This document shows positions 8,418 to 16,500 of a stretch of DNA of 26,839 nt, one piece after another. Source of the stretch: a virus. Taxonomy: Duplodnaviria; Caudoviricetes. The DNA is taken from positions 1 to 26,839 of IMG/VR virus record IMGVR_UViG_3300016476_000872; one strand, given 5' to 3'. Position 1 is the first letter of the stretch. Every line of letters starts with the position of its first letter. The position numbers and the translations under genes are program-made. The notes beneath the pieces are model-generated. The model was not told the origin of the DNA. It was given only the letters and a program-made list of their open reading frames with translations, and made no database searches.

Positions 8418-8762
8418 ATGCCTACACCTTCACGTCTTCGAGACCGAGAACTCACTCCATCCGAGAGAGAAACTCCCATCCCCGAATCCCTTACTCCGGG
8501 CACCCGCCCGGGAACTCCCGTGCCCGGGTCTGTGCGTCCGGGAACACCCGGGGGTGGACGACGTCCGGGTAGGCCGGGTGGTGGACGACGTCCGGGTAGG
8601 CCGGGTGGTGGGCAAACTGCTGCCGGTCGACGTCCGGGCATTCTTCGTCGGATTGCCGCAGCAGCGGCACGCGGCTTGGCTAGAAACCGTGAGCGCCGGG
8701 CCGAGCGTCTTCGCGAAAGGGCAAATCAACGTCGTGCAACTCGTGCTGCACGGCGCCGCTGA
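8418..8762 (+). CDS. Small Arg/Gly/Pro-rich basic protein (protamine-like, probably disordered)
   Basis: SD GGAGGA (8405-8410) 7 nt before ATG 8418. 114 aa, about 30 Arg, no Lys. Fills the gap before the adaptor gene. Confidence 0.72.
   Translation: MPTPSRLRDRELTPSERETPIPESLTPGTRPGTPVPGSVRPGTPGGGRRPGRPGGGRRPGRPGGGQTAAGRRPGILRRIAAAAARGLARNRERRAERLRERANQRRATRAARRR
8553..8611 (+). repeat. 27-bp tandem repeat x2.2 encoding (GGRRPGRPG)
   Basis: GGTGGACGACGTCCGGGTAGGCCGGGT occurs at 8553-8579 and 8580-8606, followed by a partial GGTGG. Confidence 0.95.
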
Positions 8763-8792
8763 TGGCCGGACCCTTGAAAGGGGTAACGGCTA

Positions 8793-9413
8793 ATGCTTGT
8801 AACCGTTGACGATCTTCAAACCTACATGGACATCAAGTTCAGCAACCGCCAGACGCGGGCTGCTGACTTCGTGCTTAGCGGTCTCCAGTCGGAACTGGAG
8901 TCATACCTGCGTCGGCCGATGGAGGTTGACACCTACACGGAAAGTCATGTTGTCCCTGCCGACATGGGATCAATGTTGGTCTCGTCCCACCTCTACGACC
9001 TGACTCTTGACACCACAGGAAATCCGCCTTCCTATGTTCAGCCAGCGGTAACGATTTACGCTCGGCAGTCACCGATTATTTCAGTTACCTCCGTCTACGT
9101 CACGGGTACTACTGGAGCATCGGTGCAGTTGACAGACGGAACTGATTACGTTGTTCAGCGTTATGGGATAGATCTATACAGGGCTATTCCCAATGATCGC
9201 GTAACAATGACCTACTCGGCAGGACTTGACGGTCCCCAGATCCCGATTTTCCGATTACTAATCCTCCGAGCAGCATCACGGGAAATGCAGAACATGCACG
9301 ATGATGTTGTCGGTCTCAAGGATCTAGAAACTCGGAACGTGGGCCCATTGACTACTGGCTTTACACCGGAAGAACTGAGTTCGGTTCGACGGTGGCGACG
9401 GATCAGGATTTAG
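8793..9413 (+). CDS. Head-to-tail adaptor (HK97 gp6/SPP1 gp15-like)
   Basis: 'MLVTVDDLQTYM', 'ELESYLRR', 'VTMTYSAG' and C-terminal 'EELSSVRRWRR'; sits before the neck and tail genes. Confidence 0.8.
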   Translation: MLVTVDDLQTYMDIKFSNRQTRAADFVLSGLQSELESYLRRPMEVDTYTESHVVPADMGSMLVSSHLYDLTLDTTGNPPSYVQPAVTIYARQSPIISVTSVYVTGTTGASVQLTDGTDYVVQRYGIDLYRAIPNDRVTMTYSAGLDGPQIPIFRLLILRAASREMQNMHDDVVGLKDLETRNVGPLTTGFTPEELSSVRRWRRIRI

Positions 9414-9415
9414 AG

Positions 9416-9853
9416 ATGATCCGTATAAACATTGACGTTGATATTGACGATGCGATTGACATGCTCAATCGCATGGATAGACGCGCTCAAAACTTTCGGC
9501 CTGTATTCGGATGGGCTCGTCGTGAACTGCAAAAAGCAAATAGCGAAAACTTCACTTCAAATGGCCTGCCAGTGGGCGGGTGGAATCCACGAACGAGGGA
9601 CTATGCGTGGCCCCTTCTTCGCAAAAGTGGACAGTTGTTCCGGTCTCTCACCAGTCTGCGTGGTTCACCCAATGAGATCTCGCCCACCTATGCGATCTTT
9701 GGGACCAAGGTTGAGTACGCCAAGTTTCATCAATCTGGAACTACAAAAATGCCGAAGAGGCAGATTGTTTTCAGCCCTCCGGGGTTTGCCAAGGAACTGG
9801 GCCGTGAGGCCGCTCGTCACATTGTGGGCATCCGAGAGCGAGTACTCCCATGA
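9416..9853 (+). CDS. Virion morphogenesis / neck protein (Mu gpG / P2 gpS-like)
   Basis: 'LLRKSGQLFRSL', 'FGTKVEYAKFHQSGTTKMPKRQI'. Confidence 0.85.
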   Translation: MIRINIDVDIDDAIDMLNRMDRRAQNFRPVFGWARRELQKANSENFTSNGLPVGGWNPRTRDYAWPLLRKSGQLFRSLTSLRGSPNEISPTYAIFGTKVEYAKFHQSGTTKMPKRQIVFSPPGFAKELGREAARHIVGIRERVLP

Positions 9854-10443
9854 TGCAGGGAGCCGCTGCGGCAAAGCAGTTTGTCAATGAATATCTGGCT
9901 CAAGATCTGCCTAGTAGGTTGATTACCTATCGCAACCATTGGCAGACCGACGAAGATTCCTTGCCAGATCCCTTGCTCTACTTGACGTATGAGCCCGTTG
10001 CTCTTGATCACTGGCCGACGGTCATCACTTTGGCGATTGCCACTGCCGACATTACGCGCACGGATTATGACTTCAATCTAAATCCGGAATATCGAGTCAG
10101 ATACAACATGCGAACTTACGTCTGGGTCAAAGCGGATGGCAGCGATGTCTGCACACTCATGAGAGACAATATGACAACAGTTGTCAGATCGGCTCTTCTG
10201 GATCACGCCTCTCTTCAGGCGGCAGATACGCAAGGTTGCGAGGTCCGGGTTGACGAAGGAACGATGCGTGAGGAGTTTTCTGACTTGACTTTGATCAAGG
10301 GAGAAAGGGTTTTGGCGGGCGCTTACGTTGCCTACGACATCACCCTAAACGAATCAGTAACACGTCAAAATATCGGAAGTCTTGACGTGTTTGACATTGA
10401 AGGAATGACTTTGGCTCAACTTATGGCGCAGCAGGAGGAGTAA
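9850..10443 (+). CDS. Putative tail terminator / completion protein
   Basis: 197-aa acidic alpha/beta ORF between the neck gene and the sheath; assignment is by synteny. Confidence 0.6.
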   Translation: MMQGAAAAKQFVNEYLAQDLPSRLITYRNHWQTDEDSLPDPLLYLTYEPVALDHWPTVITLAIATADITRTDYDFNLNPEYRVRYNMRTYVWVKADGSDVCTLMRDNMTTVVRSALLDHASLQAADTQGCEVRVDEGTMREEFSDLTLIKGERVLAGAYVAYDITLNESVTRQNIGSLDVFDIEGMTLAQLMAQQEE

Positions 10444-10445
10444 CC

Positions 10446-10736
10446 GTGAGTGAAACTGAACCAACAAAAACCCGTAAGAAATCAACACGCAAAAAGGCAG
10501 TTGCGCCTGAAAAGCCGACCCACTACGCCTTGGAAGATCCAAGCATTCACGACTTTTCGCATCCCGCTTCGGATAGCCCTTTGATGTTGGTTTACAACCC
10601 AAACCCTTATCCGGTTACGGCGTCATCACGAGGTCAATCTTTGCCCGGTTACGAAAGGGCTGTTGTCAGTTCTTTGGACCGAGTGCCAAGACGTGCCATT
10701 GAGAAGGGCATTCTACTAGTACCATCAGATCAGTAG
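10446..10736 (+). CDS. Small hypothetical protein preceding the sheath
   Basis: SD GGAGGAG, GTG start, Lys-rich N-terminus. Confidence 0.7.
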   Translation: MSETEPTKTRKKSTRKKAVAPEKPTHYALEDPSIHDFSHPASDSPLMLVYNPNPYPVTASSRGQSLPGYERAVVSSLDRVPRRAIEKGILLVPSDQ

Positions 10737-10833
10737 GGTCTATGAGGTCGGCTAGTTCATTGCTTGGGACAAGTGAGTCCTGTAGTAATCTAGCCATACC
10801 TCGACAGCGAAAACGAGGTTTGGAGGAAGGCTG

Positions 10834-12282
10834 ATGCCCGGCGTAGTCGTTACCACAGCAGTGCGGACAGGTCCCAACACGACCAATACCGCTCCTGCGT
10901 CCACTTTCTTTGTTGCTGGTATCGCTGAGCGCGGTTCCACCACAGTTGCAAAGTTGGTAAATAGTCTTGCGGAGTTTGAGGCTCTGTACGGTGGCTATGT
11001 TGCCGCTGGCACCCTTCATCAGCAAGTGCAAACCTTCTTTGAAGAAGGTGGTGCTCGTGCATACATCGGACGAGTCGTCGGAACTGGCGCTACCGCAGGT
11101 TCTCTTGCTGTTACCGCTTCCGGCGGAGGTACCGCCCTTACGGTAACTGCCGCTAACGTCGGCGCTTGGTCTGATGACGTATCAGTCTCGGTCACGGCCG
11201 GAACTGGTGCCAATCAGGTTGTCAAGTTGTTCTACAACGGCGAACAGGTGTTTTCAAGCGGAAATATTGCCAACGCCGGTGCTGCTGCCGAAGCAATCAA
11301 CAACTCAGCAGCAGCGACCATCTACGTTTCGGCAACTGCGGTTGTTGCTTCAGCAACTCTTGCAGTGCAGAGCGGAAACTTGTCAGCCGGTGCTGCTGGA
11401 TCTGCCCCAACCGACGCACAACTTCTTGCAGGTCTTGACCTGTTTGAATCTGCACTCGGTGCTGGAGCGGTAGCAATCCCGGGTCAGTTCTCAACCGACA
11501 TCTATGACGGCTTGATCGACCATGCGGTTGCTTACAATCGAATCGCTCTTCTTGGCTTTGATCCGGCAGACACTGCTTCGGATGCCAAGGACACGGTTGC
11601 GAACTACACGGACGTGGAGGGTGCCGAATATGCGGCCTTCTACTTCCCCCACATTACGATGACTGGCGCTGCCGGAACTTCGCTGACCATCTCGCCCGAG
11701 GGTTTTGTTGCCGCCAAGCGGTCCATCGCCCACAACTCGGTCGGTCCATGGCAGGCGGGTGCTGGCGTGCTGTCAGCGGCAAAGTTTGTTACCGGTCTTG
11801 CAACCACCATTGACAAGACCACCGGAGATGACCTTGACGACAACAACGTCAACGCTCTTCGGATCATTCAGGGTGGTGTTCGGGTCTACGGTGCTCGTTC
11901 CGCCTCTGGCGATGAAACCAACTTCCGGTACATCACCGCTCGTGACACCCTGAACTACATCGTCGTCGAGGCTGAACGTCGCCTTGAGGACCTCGTCTTC
12001 TCCACGATTGACGGACGCCGCACGGTGTTCGGACGAGTGGAGGGCCGTCTGATCGGACTTCTGGAGCCCCTGCGTAATGCCGGTGGTCTCTATGAGGCAT
12101 TCGATACCGACGGAAATCAGGTTGACCCCGGCTATTCAGTCGAGGTTACTGATGCTCTCAACCCTGTCACCCAGTTGGCCAACGGCACCGTCCGAGCCAA
12201 GGTTGGCGTGCGTGTGTCCTCAGTGGCTGATCGCATTGAGGTTGAGGTCGTCAAGTCTAATCTCACAAGTTCTGTGGTCTGA
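10834..12282 (+). CDS. Contractile tail sheath protein
   Basis: 'MPGVVV', 'F..G..ERG......VNSLAEFEALYG', 'FFEEGGARAYIGRV', 'AAFYFPHI', 'NVNALR....VRVYGARS' and 'LVFSTID'. Confidence 0.96.
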   Translation: MPGVVVTTAVRTGPNTTNTAPASTFFVAGIAERGSTTVAKLVNSLAEFEALYGGYVAAGTLHQQVQTFFEEGGARAYIGRVVGTGATAGSLAVTASGGGTALTVTAANVGAWSDDVSVSVTAGTGANQVVKLFYNGEQVFSSGNIANAGAAAEAINNSAAATIYVSATAVVASATLAVQSGNLSAGAAGSAPTDAQLLAGLDLFESALGAGAVAIPGQFSTDIYDGLIDHAVAYNRIALLGFDPADTASDAKDTVANYTDVEGAEYAAFYFPHITMTGAAGTSLTISPEGFVAAKRSIAHNSVGPWQAGAGVLSAAKFVTGLATTIDKTTGDDLDDNNVNALRIIQGGVRVYGARSASGDETNFRYITARDTLNYIVVEAERRLEDLVFSTIDGRRTVFGRVEGRLIGLLEPLRNAGGLYEAFDTDGNQVDPGYSVEVTDALNPVTQLANGTVRAKVGVRVSSVADRIEVEVVKSNLTSSVV

Positions 12283-12293
12283 GCGGAGGAGTA

Positions 12294-12746
12294 ATGGCAA
12301 AGGTTTCACAGCGTCAGGTAGTTGCGGAGGTCACCCCCGTTCGCATGCCCGGTTGCCCAATCGGCCCGGGTTTCGATGGGTACTTCGCTCAGGTTTCGGG
12401 TGGCGAAGTAACCGCCAGCGTTGAGAAGGTTTACGACGGCGGTTCACTCTTCCCCGAAGTCCTCACCGCACCCCCAGAGATCGGTGACATCACCGTTACT
12501 CGTCATTACGACGTGGAGCGAGATGGCCCGTCTCTCAAGGTTGCTCGCAAGTTGGTCGGTCAGGTTCACTACGACGTAAGCGTCTACGACCTGAACTGTG
12601 ACCTGCGCGTATATGGCACCGAGCGTGTCTACCCGCAGGCCCTTCTTGTCGGCCTGTCAGAGCCTGAAGGCGATTCGTCGTCTGGCGCTCCGGCAACCTA
12701 CTCGATGACCTTCTCAATCTCACAGGTTTCCGGCCAGACGGTCTGA
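12294..12746 (+). CDS. Tail tube protein (T4 gp19-like)
   Basis: 150 aa directly after the sheath; 'FAQVSGGE', 'GDITVTRHYD', terminal beta strand 'YSMTFSI'. Confidence 0.88.
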   Translation: MAKVSQRQVVAEVTPVRMPGCPIGPGFDGYFAQVSGGEVTASVEKVYDGGSLFPEVLTAPPEIGDITVTRHYDVERDGPSLKVARKLVGQVHYDVSVYDLNCDLRVYGTERVYPQALLVGLSEPEGDSSSGAPATYSMTFSISQVSGQTV

Positions 12747-12768
12747 TAAAACCTGTATAGATTTACTT

Positions 12769-12801
12769 GACAAAGGGGCACACCCAATGTGCCTCTTTGT
12801 C
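12769..12801 (+). terminator. 14-bp stem-loop after the tube gene (putative terminator or mRNA-stabilising hairpin)
   Basis: GACAAAGGGGCACA-CCCAA-TGTGCCTCTTTGTC, with one G-U pair. Confidence 0.7.
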
Positions 12802-12811
12802 GCGTTTAGGG

Positions 12812-12830
12812 TGATAGGTTTACGGACATG
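12812..12830 (+). promoter_or_regulatory. Putative extended -10 (TGaTAGGTT) giving a leaderless mRNA for the chaperone
   Basis: TANNNT ends 7 nt before ATG 12828 and there is no SD. Confidence 0.45.
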
Positions 12831-13349
12831 TCCAACACCTATGACTTCACCGGTTCCGAATCATCCGAATCTTCAACCGCCGCTCGCCCCACTGCGAGTG
12901 GTGAACCAACCGTGCTGGATCGCCTTCGCAAGGAACTTTCCAAGAAGGTTGAACGGCCTGAGGTTCAGATTGAAGTTCCCGAGCGTCCGGGTGTGACCGT
13001 TCGAGTTACCCCGAACATCACCCAGCACCAAATGCGGGCATGGCGACGCCAGTCTGGAGAAGGCACCAAGAACGGATTTGACCCAACCAAGTTCGCTTGC
13101 ACCGTTCTGGGTCATACCTGTACCGGCATTTTCATTGACGGCGAAGAAGCAACCAATGAGGACGGCGCTCCGTTGACTTTTGCTTCTCCCGAGATTCTTG
13201 ACATGACGGGCACAACTCGTCCGATCCCAGACTGCGTTCAGGCTTTCTTCGGTATTGATCCCCATGTGGAATCTGCCGCACTGGCTGTAATGGATGCAGC
13301 GGGCTACGGCGATGATGTGGAGGCAGTGGACCCTACGAAGGAGTCGTAG
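12828..13349 (+). CDS. Tail assembly chaperone (G-like)
   Basis: Lies between tube and tape measure; 173 aa; overlapped at its 3' end by an open -1 frame. Confidence 0.8.
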   Translation: MSNTYDFTGSESSESSTAARPTASGEPTVLDRLRKELSKKVERPEVQIEVPERPGVTVRVTPNITQHQMRAWRRQSGEGTKNGFDPTKFACTVLGHTCTGIFIDGEEATNEDGAPLTFASPEILDMTGTTRPIPDCVQAFFGIDPHVESAALAVMDAAGYGDDVEAVDPTKES

Positions 13350-13528
13350 ACGAACTCGTCGACGACGCCCGAATCCAAACGGCTGCCCGGCTAGGGGAAC
13401 TGTTTGGACAGGATCCAATCTCAATCCTTGACTCAACCGATGATGACTGGTTGATCAGGTTTGCCTGCGCCAAGGTCATAGAACAAGACCGGCAGCGTCA
13501 GCGCGAGGAAGCCGAAAGGCAGCGCTAG
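13316..13528 (+). CDS. -1-frame extension of the tail chaperone (T-like part of a G-T fusion); not in the ORF track
   Basis: The -1 frame is open from 13316 to TAG 13526-13528: ...GVVDELVDDARIQTAARLGELFGQDPISILDSTDDDWLIRFACAKVIEQDRQRQREEAERQR. It has no suitable own start codon. Confidence 0.75.
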   Translation, partial: CGGSGPYEGVVDELVDDARIQTAARLGELFGQDPISILDSTDDDWLIRFACAKVIEQDRQRQREEAERQR

Positions 13529-13579
13529 GGGGTACTTCCTACCCTCTACAATGCCTATCAGTGGGAACATAGGTGAACC

Positions 13580-16500
13580 ATGGCTGACGAGCGCGTAGTT
13601 ATTAGGATTGACATAAATGCGGACACACGCGGCATTGACCGGGTCCGCAGGAAGTTGCGCGAACTCGCAGCAGAGGCTGAAGTCCTTGATCGCCGCATGG
13701 AGCGTGTCAACAATCGTTTTGAAGCAAATGCCGAACAAACGGATCGACTTACCGCTTCTCACACCAGAGCCAACAGGGCCCTTCGAGACCACGATAGGTC
13801 TCAAGAGCGATTCAGCAATCGCCTCAACAGAACATCACGGCGACTTGACTTTGGACAGAAAGCCGCAAAGAGGTTTGCCGGGATTTTGTCAACCGGTCTG
13901 AAGTTTGCTCTGATTGGCGCAACCATTGAGATGGTCGCACTTGGTGCGGCGGTGGCAACGGTCAACGGTCTATTTACAATCGGTCAAGCGACAATCAAAC
14001 TTTACCGATTTGCCATGGCTGGAGTTGCCTATGCTGCGGCTGCCGTAACGGCTGGTGTGGCAACAGCGGCAGCGGCGCAACGCGAATACAACGCGGCCAT
14101 GGTCGCTTACCGATACAAGAGCATGCCCGCCTTGGGCAGCGGTACCGCTCAGGCAATGTCAGCCCTGAGAATGCTTACGAGTGATCAGCAACTCGCAACC
14201 TTTGGCTTCCAGAACCTGAATGCCGCTTTTGCCGCTGTATCCAAGAACGCCGAGTTTTCACCAGCATTGAGCAAAGCCCTTAGGGGAATCGGAGATTTTG
14301 CAGTTGCAAGCGGCGACATGGGTAAAGGCCTAACTGCCGCTGCAAACTTTATCGGACTGCTTCAAAAGAGTGGATCCCTCACGGAAGACGTTCTTAGCGC
14401 TGCCGCTGAAGTTGGTCCAGAGTTTCAGAAGTCCATTGAGGAAGCGCAAAAACGTGGACTGACTAGTGCCGATGCTCTCATGAAGGCAATGGCCAGTGGT
14501 GAACTTTCAAAGACCGCAGGACTTGATGGCGCTCTGTCGGCCATCAATGACACCCTAATGGGTCAGTTGAAGGCGTTTCTCACGGAGATGATTGGTCGCT
14601 TTGCTGACATCGGTCAAACCTTCCTACCCGGAGTCAAGCAAGCCTTGTTTGACCTTTCATCCATTTTCAGAGTAACGCTGAATCGTGTCTCTGCTGATCT
14701 TTCAATGTTTGGTTCAGGAAAACTTCTGGACGACATTGTGCGAGTTACCGGAAAACTTGCAGACATCTTTGTGACTCTATTTGAAAAGTATCTACCCCAG
14801 TCCGAGGGGATGCTCGGCAAACTTGGTGGGTTCTTTGGAGATGTTGGTGACATCTTCATGAAGATTCGTCAGTTCCTTGAACCAATGCGAGATGGCGCCA
14901 AAGTCATAACCGACACTTTTGGTCCTGTGATCATCAACATCCTCAAGGGTTTTGGTGATTCAATGCAACTCATTTCAAATCTGGCAGTTGAAAATCGAGA
15001 TGAGTTCTTGGCCTTTGGTGATGCACTATCAAACGTTTTTGACAAAGTTCAGCGATACTTCAACGACTACAAACAAGCATTCGTTCAGGGACTCCCGTTC
15101 ATTACAAACCTTTTCAATGCTTTTGCCAATACCGTCGGTGGATTGTTGACAGTTCTTGAAAAACTTTTCAACTTGGTCGGTGACGGTCCTCAGGCTGGTC
15201 TGCTTGCAGTCCTACTTACCGGTGGGACAATGATGGGGATTAGTAAACTCAAGGATTTCGGGCTAGGGAAGAACCGTCAGCGTGGGGGCATTGGCGACTG
15301 GATGACCGGTGCAGCCCAAAGAATCACTAGCGGAAACGTTCAACGACCCGGCGGAATGAGTGCCGTTGGGACAATGACGGTAACGGCGACTGCCGTTTAC
15401 GTCAATGGACCTATCATGGGCGGCGGAGGCGGCAGGGGTGGAAAACCCGGTCAGCCCGGTGCAGGTGGCGCTTACCCCCCCGGAACCCTTTTGGGACCCG
15501 ATGGCCTGCCTCTTGCCCCCTCTGGCGGAGGAAAACTTCCCCCACCTCCGAACTTGACACGCGCACAACGCGCGGCTCTAAAGATGAGAGGCCTCAGCAC
15601 TGGAACCAAAGTTGCTGGAGGACTTACCGGCCTTGCACTCATGTCCGGACTCACTGGAAGCCTTATGCCGGAGAATCCCTTCAATCAAGAGGGTCTACTC
15701 AGTGGTGCGATAAGTGGCTTACAAACCGGTGGTCAAATAGGAATGATTGGCGGCCCCAAAGTTGCTGCGATTGCCGCTTTGGCTACGGCACAGATTGGAG
15801 CCATCTCTGGTCATGTCCGATCCCAGAACTACGCTCCCGGACTTGACGTTCTGAATGACCCCCTAGTTAGGGGCCTCAGCATGAATCCACAAACATTTGG
15901 CATCCCCATGATTATCGGTCAGATTGCCGCATACCTTGATGATCGCGATGAGAGAGATAAGACGCGTGCCGCCGCTGGGGAAATGTCAACAGCAATGGGA
16001 ACGCAGTTTGGAACGACGTTGTTCAGTCAGGGCGCGGAGGCTGGAAAAAGGTCACTGACGTCCATCAACGAGACAATCAATGAAATCGTTACCTTGGGCG
16101 ATGAGTTCAATGGGATGGGCTGGAAAGATCGCATCAGCAAGGCTGAAGCCCTTTTGGCTCAAGGAACAATCAATCAAGAGCAGTACGCCGTCCTTGCCTC
16201 TGAGCATCATGGAACTTATATCAAGGCTCTCAATCAAGAACGAGATGCACTAAACGAGTTCTCGACCAATGCCATGAGCGAATACCAGCGCAAGATCCAA
16301 TCCCTGACCACCGCTACCGGCATGTCTGACAAGGAGATTGAAAAACTTGCCACGTCCATGGGCGTTGATCTTTCGGACGCGTCAATCTCACTTGCTGACG
16401 CTGTATCAAGGCTTGGCCTTGCTATGGAAATGACTACCGACCAGTTGCTTGCCTCCCTTCGCAAGGTGGCATTTCAGGTGATTGAGGACGTGTTTGGTCG

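Noticed and set aside
8553-8611. 27-bp repeat as a mini-CRISPR or origin iteron
   Set aside because: The copies are directly adjacent with no spacer, are a multiple of 3, and lie in frame within a coding region.
8324-8793. Alternative-frame ORFs over the Arg-rich gene (8324-8641 minus, 8430-8729 minus, 8554-8793 plus)
   Set aside because: The GC-rich repeat keeps several frames open; only the ATG 8418 frame has a well-spaced strong SD and fits the operon.
12767-12772. Perfect TTGACA -35 box
   Set aside because: There is no -10 element at 16-18 bp spacing; the hexamer overlaps the hairpin arm.
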